A stretch of DNA of 39,497 bases from UHGV virus genome UHGV-0087833; one strand, written 5' to 3'. Below are positions 8,166-19,416 of the stretch, piece by piece; within the stretch, counting starts at the first letter, position 1; each line of letters starts with the position of its first letter. The notes beneath the pieces are model-generated. The model ran no database searches. It worked only from the letters and a program-made list of their open reading frames with translations, and was not told the DNA's origin. Both the position numbers and the translations under genes were made by a program. This DNA is from a virus.

Positions 8166-10640
8166 TTATTGCGGAGTGACATCCTGAGGTCGCCACCAGT
8201 ATGTCTGGTTAAACTCTTTCTTCGAACGTTGCTCCATTTTACGCAAATAGCCTGGTGAAAAATACTCCTGCATCTGATTAAAGATCATGTGATCGAGAGC
8301 CGCCTTCAAGTACCAGAGATTCGCACCAGGCATCAAACCTTTCCCAAGCTTAACCAGATCACCACCAGTCTGCTCATTCTTCCCTTCCACAGCATTTAAC
8401 GGTATGCCCTGAGCAATCTTCACTACGTCATCAACCAGACCAGCTACCGGGCCAAGCATCGACGCTAGTGCGCCGCTCCCGTACCTGGTGTGGTCAGAGA
8501 AAAGAAAATCACCATACAACCCTGCCCCACCACCTTTTAAAAATGCATTTATCCAGAATTTAACCATGTTGTCACCGGTCATTTCTTTTGGATTTCTCCC
8601 ATTAATAAGATCAGTAATCTGCATGGAAAGAGCACCAAGCATGGTTGTGCTTGCTAAAAACGTTGCTATATATGCCGCACGCCCACCAGCAGACGGCATC
8701 CCCATAGCTCTATGCCAGTGACGCATAACTACCGAGATAGGGAACGATTTAAACAGGAAAACACTTCTCGTTAATTCACCTTTCCATGTTCCACGCTGAA
8801 GACCAGACCCTACGAACATCTGTTCACGTGCGCCCGGTGTAATAACAGCCATATCAACTTCTTCAGTTACGGCACCGAGCAGTTTACGCATTGCCTCAAA
8901 TTTCACGCGTTCAGGCTCACCAAGATGTTTAACTGCTGAATCAGGGATACGCATAATGCTTTCCGGTGTCAGCATCGTATTATTACCGTTCCCCCAGTCC
9001 TCCTGTTGCGCCAGCTTCCATACGCTCCAGTCTGTGTCAGTAATCCCTTTGCTTTTCAGGATACGAAAATCAGAGTCATCGAGGCTACGAAGGTCTGGTG
9101 TCCGTGACACTACTTCTCCCAGGCTTCCCATCATGGTTACGCCATAGGCGCGCTTGTGCGCATCTGACCATGCTGTAAGCCCACTGGCACGCATTACCGC
9201 CGTTGCCGCCCAACGAGACACAGACGGCCCCATATTATCCATCGCCCAGCGGTTAACGCTGCCAAGTAGAGATTCCATCGCCAGGCCAGCGCGGCGCGCC
9301 CGCGCAAGTTCTGTACGGTTCGTTGGGTCCATAGCTTCAAGCTGGTTGCGAAATAACTGGTTCATTGGAAGGTTGGTAACCTTCGCAGACAGATACATGG
9401 TTCCAAGATCAGAGAACGATGACAGCAACGCGGATCCGAGTCTGCTGGCAACCAGCCAGTTGCGGATATTGTCAGACCATCGCGCGATGTGCGGATTCGC
9501 TACAGGCTGTGTCTTTCCGGAAATAAAGTTGTACAGATTCTCTGTGTTGTTCGCCAGCCGCTCGACTTTACCGGTTTTACTCGGGTTAGCTGTTGCCGTT
9601 TCTGCCTTAACCTGATCAAGAAGGGAGCGGAAAACATGATCGGGGTTTGGACCATATGTTTCCACCAGAGCAATATCTTTACTGATACCTTCCAGGTGAC
9701 CGACCATGATTTCCCATAGAGAGCGATCGCCATAAAGTTGTTGATATTGGAGATAGGAATCTGCATCTTTGAAATGTATCTGTCGTGATGCATTACCACG
9801 GTTAGCACGTGCGCCGGAAATTCGCATTCCGGTATCAGTAAGCTTATTCAGCCCACCAGTAGCGATCGTGTTATAAGCCTCTCCAAGAAATGCAGACAAC
9901 TCGGCATCGTTCATCAGTTGTCCATCGGCTCGGGTATAATATTTGCGATCCAGCTTACCTATAACATCGCTAACCCATTTATCTTTTGATACCGCCCCAA
10001 CCTTTTCCATAGAATGATGTTGAGGGATCCCCCAGTTTTCGAGATAGCCAATGTCCCCACCAGCATCATTAAACCGGCGGCGCAGTAGATCTGTCACTTC
10101 TCTCCACGCCTTAGCACCTTTTCTTGCTTTAGCATTGCCAGTATTTTGCCCTCGCATTTCATATACCAGGTCACGCACGCCCGCTTCATCTTCAAACAGG
10201 CCAAAAAAGCGAGGATCAACTGCTTCAAATGCCTCCTGCAATTGACTCAATGCATAATCACGAGTGGCTTTTGTTCTGGATTCAACAGAGAGGAAATTCG
10301 ATTTACCGTCTGCATTAAAAGCAATAGTACGGTTAAGAGCGCCAAGTTTCCCATCAGCCCCTTGATAGCTATTGATAAATTTATCCAATCTCTGACGTGC
10401 GGCTATAGTGAGGGCCACACGACGTTTCTTTAATGCCGCTTCTCGCTGTAATTCTTCAGATGCCAATTGTGCTGCACGATACAACCGTTCTGATTCGGAA
10501 AGTTGTCGCCACGACATAGGGTCATCACGAGCAATGGAGCGCATATTTCGATAAATGCGGTCTTCAATGTTCTGTATTTCTCGCGCCGTTAACGTGCGCT
10601 GCGCCGCCTGCTGGACCGCTTGTATACATTCCTGTCTCAT
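8166..10640 (-). CDS. Internal virion / ejection protein (T7 gp16-like position)
   Basis: 824-aa ORF, last of the run of large proteins downstream of the tail tubular genes. Confidence 0.6.
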   Translation of the reverse strand: MRQECIQAVQQAAQRTLTAREIQNIEDRIYRNMRSIARDDPMSWRQLSESERLYRAAQLASEELQREAALKKRRVALTIAARQRLDKFINSYQGADGKLGALNRTIAFNADGKSNFLSVESRTKATRDYALSQLQEAFEAVDPRFFGLFEDEAGVRDLVYEMRGQNTGNAKARKGAKAWREVTDLLRRRFNDAGGDIGYLENWGIPQHHSMEKVGAVSKDKWVSDVIGKLDRKYYTRADGQLMNDAELSAFLGEAYNTIATGGLNKLTDTGMRISGARANRGNASRQIHFKDADSYLQYQQLYGDRSLWEIMVGHLEGISKDIALVETYGPNPDHVFRSLLDQVKAETATANPSKTGKVERLANNTENLYNFISGKTQPVANPHIARWSDNIRNWLVASRLGSALLSSFSDLGTMYLSAKVTNLPMNQLFRNQLEAMDPTNRTELARARRAGLAMESLLGSVNRWAMDNMGPSVSRWAATAVMRASGLTAWSDAHKRAYGVTMMGSLGEVVSRTPDLRSLDDSDFRILKSKGITDTDWSVWKLAQQEDWGNGNNTMLTPESIMRIPDSAVKHLGEPERVKFEAMRKLLGAVTEEVDMAVITPGAREQMFVGSGLQRGTWKGELTRSVFLFKSFPISVVMRHWHRAMGMPSAGGRAAYIATFLASTTMLGALSMQITDLINGRNPKEMTGDNMVKFWINAFLKGGGAGLYGDFLFSDHTRYGSGALASMLGPVAGLVDDVVKIAQGIPLNAVEGKNEQTGGDLVKLGKGLMPGANLWYLKAALDHMIFNQMQEYFSPGYLRKMEQRSKKEFNQTYWWRPQDVTPQ

Positions 10641-10645
10641 TTAAT

Positions 10646-12448
10646 TTAACCTCTCAAGAAACACGCCACAGCGACATCAAACAGGCTGGAATCCTGTATT
10701 GCCTGCTCACTTTCCCTGTTCGCTTCATCCAGCACTTCACGCGCGCTGCGCGATTGTGGATTACCATCATCATCCAGCACGGTGATTATCATGTCAGGTG
10801 ATTCAAGCAGCGAGTCTTCAGCTATGCGCAGATCAATATCTCCTGCCTGATCCGCCATCATTTTTTGTTCTGCATGTTGCAATATTTTATCAGACTCAAA
10901 AGGAGCTACTTCGTCTGGCGTCCTGACCTCTGCTGTTTTATAGAATGAAACAGCCTGAGCATTAAGTTCACTTTCTGCCTGCTGTCTCCGAGCCAGTTCT
11001 GCTCGAGCTTCAAAAAACTGACCGCCAGGCTCATGCGGTGCCAACGCGTTACGGGAAAATTCCAGGCGTTCTTGTGCCTGCCGGATTCGTTGTTCAATAT
11101 CGCGAATTCTGGCCTGTTTATCTGATCGAGCACGAGACAAAGCTTTACCGCTACCAGTTGGCTCTTCTGCAAGAATTTGTGCACGCTGTTCAGTGAGATT
11201 TTCAATAATTCGTTGGCTATTAGCGATTTCAGACTGGTAAACCTGTCTATCTCCACGCGGCAAAAGCTGCGCGGCCTGTTCTTCAAGCAACCGATTTTCT
11301 ATAGCGCGCGCCGTTACTCCATCATCTACAGATGACAGAGCCTCATTAACTGCCTGAGACAGCAGACTCTTGCGCCCAGGAATTTCACTGAAAGATGCAG
11401 ACTCAACAATGCTGGCAACGTCTACAGGTCTCCCCTGGCTAACATCAGACATAGCTTTTCGCAGAGCCTGAATGTGAGAATTGCGCGAAAGCACGTTGAT
11501 CGGCACGCCGGGCGCAATATCAATTTCAGCATGATGAGCGGCATTCGCCGCCAGTGCAGCATCAACATCAACTGGTGAAAAATTTGGTGCGCTTGTAGAC
11601 TCGCCGCGAGAGTTAATAAATCTGCCGACTCCACCAAAAGCCACCCCAAGAACAGCATCAATAGCAATTGCCTGTCGATCCAACACATCATACTGGTTAG
11701 CCATTTCGCTATAGCCACCATCACGAAGCGTTTTTGCAGTAAGCCCGCGCTGTGCCATACCGAACGCAATATTTGTACCTGCGGCATAGGCAATATCTGG
11801 CGTTGCACGTACTGCTGTTGCCGCGGCGCGTCGCACTGAACTTTCACCCGTCCGCGCAAGCTGAGCCGCCACACCTTCCGCCAGCGCACCACCAGCACGT
11901 AACCCGAGACTCATAGGGATCAGTGTTCCGGCACCAGCAGTAATACCCTGCACTAATCCCGCTTCCTGCGCCGTCCTGAAATCAACCCCCTGCGCTGTCA
12001 GTCGTTCAAACTCAGAAAAACCCTGTAGCGAAGTTACCGCCGCAGCACCTCCGACCGGACCACCGAGCGTTGTACCGACAACAGCCTGCCCGCCCATATC
12101 GAACAACCCATAAAGAACCTGCCCTGCGGTTCCGGTTGTCGCGGCATCAGGCGTCAGCCGCTTAACCTGCTGCTCTGCTAGTTTTCTCTGCTCGGCAATG
12201 TATGAAACTGAAGTGTCATTGAGCGAGGTGTTTTCGTTAACAAACTGAGCAATCGGGGATACGATTTTATCCATCCCTGCCCATAGCAACTGATCTGGCT
12301 TTGCCACCAGCCCGGAGTACAAACCAGACAATGCCGCTCCTACAGCATTGTCGAAAAAACCAACATCGCTGTTAAAGCCAACTGGATTTGATGCTGCTTC
12401 GTCAAGCTGCTGATTCTGGTTTACTGGATTAAGGCCAAAGTAACTCAT
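10646..12448 (-). CDS. Internal virion / ejection protein
   Basis: 600-aa Ala/Gly-rich ORF within the internal-core gene block. Confidence 0.6.
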   Translation of the reverse strand: MSYFGLNPVNQNQQLDEAASNPVGFNSDVGFFDNAVGAALSGLYSGLVAKPDQLLWAGMDKIVSPIAQFVNENTSLNDTSVSYIAEQRKLAEQQVKRLTPDAATTGTAGQVLYGLFDMGGQAVVGTTLGGPVGGAAAVTSLQGFSEFERLTAQGVDFRTAQEAGLVQGITAGAGTLIPMSLGLRAGGALAEGVAAQLARTGESSVRRAAATAVRATPDIAYAAGTNIAFGMAQRGLTAKTLRDGGYSEMANQYDVLDRQAIAIDAVLGVAFGGVGRFINSRGESTSAPNFSPVDVDAALAANAAHHAEIDIAPGVPINVLSRNSHIQALRKAMSDVSQGRPVDVASIVESASFSEIPGRKSLLSQAVNEALSSVDDGVTARAIENRLLEEQAAQLLPRGDRQVYQSEIANSQRIIENLTEQRAQILAEEPTGSGKALSRARSDKQARIRDIEQRIRQAQERLEFSRNALAPHEPGGQFFEARAELARRQQAESELNAQAVSFYKTAEVRTPDEVAPFESDKILQHAEQKMMADQAGDIDLRIAEDSLLESPDMIITVLDDDGNPQSRSAREVLDEANRESEQAIQDSSLFDVAVACFLRG

Positions 12449-14958
12449 TGCGGAATATCTCCGGAGAATCTCTGACGCTTCTGTGTCAGATCAAGAACAA
12501 CGGGAGAACCATCATCTTTTAGCAGATAACCAGTACCAAGTTTCACCAGGTACTGACTATCGCCGTAACTTTGCAAACCATACTGACCAGGCGGTGTTTT
12601 TATCCCTGTGCCAACAACTTGTTCATTCCAAGCCTGATTAACCTGCTTATCGAATTGCTCTGCAGACATTCCCCACGGCAAAAGAACATTCCCCATTCCG
12701 TTATAGTCATGCACGCCACCTGTAGCTACGTTAACAGCCTGTTTCCAGATATCATTGTCAATTTCGCCTGATACCACGCCTTTTTTCGCCATCACACCAG
12801 CGTAATAGTCCTTTGCGATCTCGTATGCCATTGATGCCCCCTGAGCATCACCAGCAAATGCATCCTTCACCATGTCAGAAAACTCAAGGCGAAGATCAGC
12901 ATCTTTAGGCATCGGAATACCTTTCGCGTCATCAGTACCTTTACGAGCCGCCGCGCCAGCAAGAATTGTCTGCGCAGCGGTTTCTGGAGACACGGAAACA
13001 TCCGGATTAAACCAGTTTTTTTCTGCCAAAATACCACCTGGCTTATCCATCAGTATCCCGGCAACGGCAGCAGATGGAGCGTTGGCACTGATCTGCTGTA
13101 GTGCTGACATATACACCTGCCCACCACCAGTGCTCTGCCTGATGGTATCGAGATATGCTGCCTGTTGGGAAACGGGCGCATCACGAAAGAAAACACCGAT
13201 CTGATTGGCCTCGTCTTTGGAAAAGAACGTCAGTGGAGTGCCATATGACTTAGCAAGGTCACTGACCTGAGCAGCACGCAAGGCAACGCTCTGTCCAAAG
13301 TTATCCTTATTGCTCATGTCGATAGGCTTTGCCTGTCCGGCGGCAAGAGAGAACTGCACAGGATCCGATTGCCGCTGCTTTATCACCTGATTTGCAGCCG
13401 AAACAACGTTGTCATAAAGAGCTGCGCGTGCCGCATACCCCTCCCCTGTCTCACCAGTATCCGGGCGTAATTGCTCAACATATGCTGTAATGCTGCTTGT
13501 CGGCATGTTGCGGAAAGAGACTATATACTGTCCGGCGATCTGCGTATTCTTAAACTCGGTATATCGCAGGTTTCCTTCTCTGACTCCATAAGCTGCAATA
13601 AAATCAGCCTCACCAGGTGGGTTAGGAAATTCAACTCCACGCATATACGCAGCTGTTGCATCTCGAACCTGGCTGTCAATCATCGTTTTATATTCAGCCT
13701 GCTGCTGCCGACGCAGTTGACCAGCCTGTCGCATAAAACTTGCCTGCGCCTCAGGAGATGCCGCATCGAATGCTGCATTACCGGTATAGCGTTTGGTGTT
13801 GGTTGGAATTGTTGATAAACCAAGTGCTGCACTGACACCAGCAGTTAACTGCTGATCACTGTATGGCTGGCTACCGTTCTCATGATGGATAATGGCTGCA
13901 CAAAGCGCCTTCAGGGTATCAGGATTTGATGCATCGAGAGGCTCATCAGCAGAAACGCCAAGTTGTTCGCACACCGCTTTGATATACGACATTGTGTCAT
14001 TTTTATCAGTGGGCGGTGCCCAGCGATTAATTATCTCGCTGACGGTATCAATACCCTGCCGCTGATACGACATCAGGTTCCGCCCTAATGCACGAATCCC
14101 GTGTTCAGGTGTTTCGAATTTAGCAAATCGACCATCATCACCGGTCTGGCCTACCCACGGATTAGTTTTGCTGTATTCGAGATTTCCTGGGTTATTGTTG
14201 CGTATGCCACGGGCACGCTCGGAAGAGTCACTATCTGCTACAGCACGGCGAGCTCCAGCAGCAGTATCACTTAACTCGCCATTACTTTGGATGAATGCGG
14301 TCGCATTGTTTGCCGACCACTGGGACAATGCAGCATCAGCAACCTTCTCTTTAAACTCGATTTTCTTGGCCTGGATTTGCTCGTCACTCCAGCCATGTGC
14401 AATGCCGTAATCCTCAATTTGCTGGAAAGTTTGCTTATTAGCCAATACGTATGCGGCGTTGTCGCCATACAATGCTGCGGCATTTTTACCATTGTTCAGC
14501 AGCGTAGCCTGAAACTGGCCTTCTTCGTAGGCATTTATTTGCCCTATCTCGTGCCGCCCTGCCTGCGTAGTGAACTGAATGCGCTGCTGCTGCGCCTGCT
14601 GCATGAAAGCATTACGAGCCTGTTCATCCGGCAGCGACATAGCCAGTTGTTCGACCTGAGCATCAAACTGCTGCGTATACTCATGGCCTTTTCCAATAGC
14701 ATTTTTCCCTTTCAGGTTAAGCAATCCTGTTTCAGGATTATTCAGCAGATCACTGCTTATCTGACTGAGGTTAAGAGATGCCTCCTGAGCCAGAGCGATA
14801 TTGGCACGCTGTTTTGCCTGACCAAAAACATCAATTGCCTCTGCCCCTGCCCGAACAAAAGCATCACCAATACCTGGCTGAGAAAACGTCTGCAAGCCTG
14901 CTGACTGAACTCCACGACTCTCAACCTGACGTCCGGATACTGTTGGTACGACTGGCAT
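12445..14958 (-). CDS. Internal virion / ejection protein (gp15-like position) with conserved NNPGN-containing central domain
   Basis: Start reassigned to ATG 14958 (AGGAGG RBS, TAATG overlap with upstream stop); 837 aa. Confidence 0.6.
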   Translation of the reverse strand: MPVVPTVSGRQVESRGVQSAGLQTFSQPGIGDAFVRAGAEAIDVFGQAKQRANIALAQEASLNLSQISSDLLNNPETGLLNLKGKNAIGKGHEYTQQFDAQVEQLAMSLPDEQARNAFMQQAQQQRIQFTTQAGRHEIGQINAYEEGQFQATLLNNGKNAAALYGDNAAYVLANKQTFQQIEDYGIAHGWSDEQIQAKKIEFKEKVADAALSQWSANNATAFIQSNGELSDTAAGARRAVADSDSSERARGIRNNNPGNLEYSKTNPWVGQTGDDGRFAKFETPEHGIRALGRNLMSYQRQGIDTVSEIINRWAPPTDKNDTMSYIKAVCEQLGVSADEPLDASNPDTLKALCAAIIHHENGSQPYSDQQLTAGVSAALGLSTIPTNTKRYTGNAAFDAASPEAQASFMRQAGQLRRQQQAEYKTMIDSQVRDATAAYMRGVEFPNPPGEADFIAAYGVREGNLRYTEFKNTQIAGQYIVSFRNMPTSSITAYVEQLRPDTGETGEGYAARAALYDNVVSAANQVIKQRQSDPVQFSLAAGQAKPIDMSNKDNFGQSVALRAAQVSDLAKSYGTPLTFFSKDEANQIGVFFRDAPVSQQAAYLDTIRQSTGGGQVYMSALQQISANAPSAAVAGILMDKPGGILAEKNWFNPDVSVSPETAAQTILAGAAARKGTDDAKGIPMPKDADLRLEFSDMVKDAFAGDAQGASMAYEIAKDYYAGVMAKKGVVSGEIDNDIWKQAVNVATGGVHDYNGMGNVLLPWGMSAEQFDKQVNQAWNEQVVGTGIKTPPGQYGLQSYGDSQYLVKLGTGYLLKDDGSPVVLDLTQKRQRFSGDIPQ

Positions 14959-15503
14959 TATAATCCTCCTGGCAATCTGGTTCCTGCTGCTGCCCCGATT
15001 GGCGCAGGAGTGCTTTGAGTAAACGGACTCCACGTCCCACCAAACATCTGGTACGCACCGTATGCCTTCAGAGGCGCAGTGAGCAATGTTGTTGCTGCTC
15101 CCACATTCCCCTGTTTACGGGCTGAACTGGCTTCTGCTTTATAGTTGGCAGCCTGAACCTGATAACCGTAAGCCTCGCGTTGCGCGTTATTCACCGTCGT
15201 CAGCGAATCAAGAGCGCCAAACTGGGCAGTGTCGCCAAATATATCCAGCGCGTTACCGGTAGATAAATCGGCGCCGGTCGCCCCCATTGTCGCCGCTTGT
15301 GTACCAAGCCGCTGTCGGGTCTCTCTGCGCCGTTGCTCAGCTTCAGCGTTACCTCTGTTTATTGCATCATTTGCCTGAGCTGTGGCTATATCTGCGTTCG
15401 CTTCTGCAACCTTCGAGGCATACTTTCCCTGTTGGTACTGGGTGTATGCCTGAATGCCACTCATGGCGAGCATTGCGCCACCAGCAATAACCGGATCGCA
15501 CAT
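14958..15503 (-). CDS. Internal virion protein (gp14-like position)
   Basis: 181 aa, Ala/Gln-rich; synteny. Confidence 0.5.
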   Translation of the reverse strand: MCDPVIAGGAMLAMSGIQAYTQYQQGKYASKVAEANADIATAQANDAINRGNAEAEQRRRETRQRLGTQAATMGATGADLSTGNALDIFGDTAQFGALDSLTTVNNAQREAYGYQVQAANYKAEASSARKQGNVGAATTLLTAPLKAYGAYQMFGGTWSPFTQSTPAPIGAAAGTRLPGGL

Positions 15504-15967
15504 TATTTTCTCTCCATGTGAAATCTGTGGAAATTAAGACCAAGAGCACCATAAGGCGCGGCTTCTTCAAGCCTGAATCCAAGCCAGTGCAGCCATGCTT
15601 TGGCAACATGGTTTCGCTCGTCGACATAGTTTTCCAGGCGCGGATAAACTGCCAGCATCTGCTGCAATACAGGGCGGCAGTGGCGAAGAAATGTCTTCTG
15701 ATATTTTTCGATACGGCTGGTTCCGACCAGCCAGGGCGTACCATTGCCACCGATCATTGACGCCGGAGATACGCCAAACATGGTTACCAGTTCTCCGTTC
15801 GCGAACCCTGACCAGGCCATAGTCGCAGTGCGAAGACCAACACGCAGCGCATCTTCGGTAGTCATCAGCGATACCGCATACAGTTCGTCAATATCAGCCT
15901 GACGAACATCCGGCAAAATCATCTGAAGATGCTCTTCGGTGGCGGGAATAATTCGAACATCGATCAT
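15503..15967 (-). CDS. Virion protein (gp13-like position)
   Basis: 154 aa; tight coupling with neighbours. Confidence 0.45.
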   Translation of the reverse strand: MIDVRIIPATEEHLQMILPDVRQADIDELYAVSLMTTEDALRVGLRTATMAWSGFANGELVTMFGVSPASMIGGNGTPWLVGTSRIEKYQKTFLRHCRPVLQQMLAVYPRLENYVDERNHVAKAWLHWLGFRLEEAAPYGALGLNFHRFHMERK

Positions 15968-18438
15968 CAGAATCCCCCAACAGTAAGGCGAGGAATAACG
16001 GCAAGAACAGACAGCGGCAACGGGTCAAGCTGACGGATTCTTACACGTCCGTTTTTGCCCCAGTTACTGTCCAGTTTCACTTCTACTTTTCCGGTAGCGT
16101 CATCAACAGGATCATCGTAGAACTCGAATTCACGCTGTGGATATTCGTACCATTTACCGCCGGGCGTAGTCGCCCAGATGCCGCGGCTGGCATTCACAAC
16201 CAGAGTAACGGATGGGATCACCTGTTTTTTGTCCAGCAGCGTTTCCTGTCCGTTAATGTTGATATCCAGTGTTTCGAATTCAGCAGTTATTGGCAGGCCG
16301 ATGTGCACAACAGCCCCCGGTGATTCCAGCGTGACGGCACCTCCGGAAACCACTTTCTGTGGTTCCACGTTCGCATCAGAGAGAATGTTTACGGTCTGGC
16401 CTTCAAGATGAGACAGGCCTCCAAATGTCCGGCGCGCCATCTGCCAGTTCGTGGTGGCCACATTCCTGAGGGATGGCGGGACGTTCCTGTTAGCACGAAC
16501 CACTACAGCGGTATTGCTGGTTACAGAAATAATGTCGCAACGTAATTCTTTTGACACTTCATCGCCAGTATCAGGAACAGTTCCGGTATAAGGGAACTGT
16601 AGTTGCGCACCGACATCACTACTGGTGAAGTACGCACCACCAGAAACACTGATTGTATATTCCGCGCGGTAATCCCATTCGCCAGAACCACCAGTGATTG
16701 TCATCGTTCTGTCAGACGTATTTCTTCCATCATAGCTAAGGCCAGAATCAACAAAGAAAGCGTCTTCATCGCTGGTAAATAAACGGCTGGACAGCCGTTC
16801 GATGTATCTCACTGTTTGCCCGTTAACGGTTCGGTTAACGACGAAATACACCGCATCTTCATTGCCTTCGCTGATACTGCATGTGCTTTCATATTTTCCG
16901 GTACTGGATTGTGGTGCCCATGCAAAAACCTGCTGATCACGCAAATAGGTCATCACCAGTAATTTACCGTCATCACGAATGCAGAAGGCGCTGGAGTAAG
17001 GGACAATCGAGAAGCACCAGTCAACAATGCTGTGCTTCTGAAAAAGATGATTGGCAAGGATGGTCAGGTCGTTCCCCTGATAGCCGTCAACATCGAATGA
17101 GTAGGCCAGATCACGGACAACACTGCCTTTCTCCTGGACGAACAGAGCAATATTCGCCACGGCAATTGGTGGGACATTGCTCGAGCCATTTGATCCCTGA
17201 GAGCTGAATGCAAATGATGATGGGGTAAGCACTTTGTTCTGGTCGCCAGTGATGACGTACTCACCTCCGGAAGTCAGCGCCACCAGCGAACCAACATCAA
17301 TCAGGTGACGGATCTCATTAACCTGACGCCCGGCATAGGTGTAGATAATTCTGTCGTCATCCTGCGTAGGATTGCTTTTGCCAAAATCCTTATAATCCCC
17401 GGTACGGCTGGCCCAGATAGTCTGAGGGAACGCAGTCGATGCGGCGAAGTAAAGGCGTTGTTGATAATAAACAACAGTGCCAGGATAACCGTTAATACTG
17501 TTCCAGGCATATTTAGCCCATTTATAGCTGGCATTATCCTCGCCAACTACCTGCGAAGGGATATAGGAAATCACCTCGGCAGTTGCAGTAGTTCCATTTG
17601 CAGCAGAGATACGGGCAATGCCAAAACCACTGTGCAGATACTCCCACTCAATGCCGGTATCATCATCACCGGATCCGCCCCAGCCATCCCATGATGTGCC
17701 TTCTGTATGCGAAGGGCGCAAAGTGCCTGTTTTGCCTGCTGTAACGGCGCGATAGTAGTTACTGTCTGCACGGCGAATATCGCCAATCGACGTACTCTTA
17801 CTGGTTTCCCATACCGGCACAGAATCCACTGCAGGCTGTTCCAGATAGAACAATTTGCCTACCTGCTCCGCGCCAAAAATTGAGGCGCTTGCCGTTAACG
17901 TAATTGTCCCGGTGCTGGCGCTGGCATAAACCGTCACTGACTCGTCAATATTGATATCTTCAAATGGCCCGTTCTTCGTTACCACATCAACCAGTTGCCA
18001 GTTGTCATGCGCATAGCGGCGCAACTCTTTCGGCGGGTATGCCGGATGAACCAGCGTAAGCACGTCTGCGCTTTGCGTGAATTTAATTCGGAACAGATCG
18101 GCTTCAGTATATGGCGTGGCAATTTCATAAATAACATTGCTGCTGTTCAGCACCAACGCACCATCTTTGATAACGCGCATGTACTGGTGTCCGAACTCCA
18201 GAGCATAAGTCTGAACCGTCGAGAACTGGAACGGGATCAGGCGGCATTTCCGATTTGGGTATTTGGCGGCACCGACAAAACGCGTACCAGGTCGATTCTC
18301 AACGCCGCCATACTGCCGCACGATAAAGTTATCGCACTTGCGCAATGCCACCTGGTACTTCGCCATGTCGATACGACCGTACAACGACGGTCCAATCTCA
18401 CCACCGGCAAAGCTGGGCTGGATCCAACTGATAGCCAT
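15967..18438 (-). CDS. Tail tubular protein B-like (nozzle)
   Basis: 823 aa; size and position match T7 gp12-type tail tube protein. Confidence 0.55.
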   Translation of the reverse strand: MAISWIQPSFAGGEIGPSLYGRIDMAKYQVALRKCDNFIVRQYGGVENRPGTRFVGAAKYPNRKCRLIPFQFSTVQTYALEFGHQYMRVIKDGALVLNSSNVIYEIATPYTEADLFRIKFTQSADVLTLVHPAYPPKELRRYAHDNWQLVDVVTKNGPFEDINIDESVTVYASASTGTITLTASASIFGAEQVGKLFYLEQPAVDSVPVWETSKSTSIGDIRRADSNYYRAVTAGKTGTLRPSHTEGTSWDGWGGSGDDDTGIEWEYLHSGFGIARISAANGTTATAEVISYIPSQVVGEDNASYKWAKYAWNSINGYPGTVVYYQQRLYFAASTAFPQTIWASRTGDYKDFGKSNPTQDDDRIIYTYAGRQVNEIRHLIDVGSLVALTSGGEYVITGDQNKVLTPSSFAFSSQGSNGSSNVPPIAVANIALFVQEKGSVVRDLAYSFDVDGYQGNDLTILANHLFQKHSIVDWCFSIVPYSSAFCIRDDGKLLVMTYLRDQQVFAWAPQSSTGKYESTCSISEGNEDAVYFVVNRTVNGQTVRYIERLSSRLFTSDEDAFFVDSGLSYDGRNTSDRTMTITGGSGEWDYRAEYTISVSGGAYFTSSDVGAQLQFPYTGTVPDTGDEVSKELRCDIISVTSNTAVVVRANRNVPPSLRNVATTNWQMARRTFGGLSHLEGQTVNILSDANVEPQKVVSGGAVTLESPGAVVHIGLPITAEFETLDININGQETLLDKKQVIPSVTLVVNASRGIWATTPGGKWYEYPQREFEFYDDPVDDATGKVEVKLDSNWGKNGRVRIRQLDPLPLSVLAVIPRLTVGGF

Positions 18439-19046
18439 CAGGACAACCTCGCAATGGTAAACTCGTCAACCGGTGGCTGTGGTTCCTGTGATTCATTCTG
18501 GCTATGCGAGCCAGCACTAAGAATCACGCGATTGTACATATTGAGGGCAAACGTACCGAGGTCTGCATTCCCAGTCAGCGCCATGTTAATAGCTGCCGCA
18601 AGACGCCAGGCCAACGCCTCCATAAAAATGGCATCAAACATGTTCACATCTGAAACGCGAGAGACATACTTGAGCCATGCCTGCGGCTGGTCTGTGTAGA
18701 TCAACTTTCCTGTTCCGTCGGTGTCTGCACCAACTTCGTACTGAACGCGCATTGCTGCTGTTGGATTGCGAACACCGGGAAGCATGATTTCAGTGATGCG
18801 CAGGCAATCAGACGGGTACTGATACGCATACGCCCAGTCAGGCGGTGGATTGCTCGTATCTGCAAGCGCCACGCGTTTGGTAGCAAAGTTCCAGTCAAAA
18901 TCAGAAAGCACAGCATCACGACAGGCATCGAAATGCAGGGAACACTCCCCCGCCTCTTTGCTGGCCTCAGTCAGGCTATTGATGCTGCGACTGTTGCCGA
19001 TATTCGACAGCGCGCGGTTGCAGATCTCGACAACAGAAGCCATCAC
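18438..19046 (-). CDS. Tail tubular protein A-like / adaptor
   Basis: 202 aa directly upstream of the 823-aa tube protein. Confidence 0.45.
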   Translation of the reverse strand: MMASVVEICNRALSNIGNSRSINSLTEASKEAGECSLHFDACRDAVLSDFDWNFATKRVALADTSNPPPDWAYAYQYPSDCLRITEIMLPGVRNPTAAMRVQYEVGADTDGTGKLIYTDQPQAWLKYVSRVSDVNMFDAIFMEALAWRLAAAINMALTGNADLGTFALNMYNRVILSAGSHSQNESQEPQPPVDEFTIARLS

Positions 19047-19372
19047 TCACCCCCGTTACCGTAAAGGGTTTCAGCAGCGGATTTATCCGGCTCGCCGGTT
19101 GCAGGTGCGATCGCCATGTCGGTGATCTGCAGGTCTGCGCTACGGTTAACGCCGTCATCAGTTTCGCGGGCAGACAGTCCGCGAATTACCGCCTTAGCAG
19201 TAATCATCACTTCGGTTCCTACACCCTGCGGTTGCGCCTTGAGCTTATTCAGCGTGTCATTGTTCAACGTGATGCAAAGCCCCCATGGATATTCGTCGCG
19301 GTTTTTGGTTTCTCCGCTCTCGTCCTGGTAGCTGTCGGTGCCGATTTTGAGGTTGACCAGTTCCATATACAC
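19043..19372 (-). CDS. Hypothetical virion protein
   Basis: 109-aa ORF in structural operon. Confidence 0.4.
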   Translation of the reverse strand: MYMELVNLKIGTDSYQDESGETKNRDEYPWGLCITLNNDTLNKLKAQPQGVGTEVMITAKAVIRGLSARETDDGVNRSADLQITDMAIAPATGEPDKSAAETLYGNGGE

Positions 19373-19416
19373 TCCTGCAATAAAGGGGCCGAAGCCCCTT
19401 GTCTGATACGCGAGGC

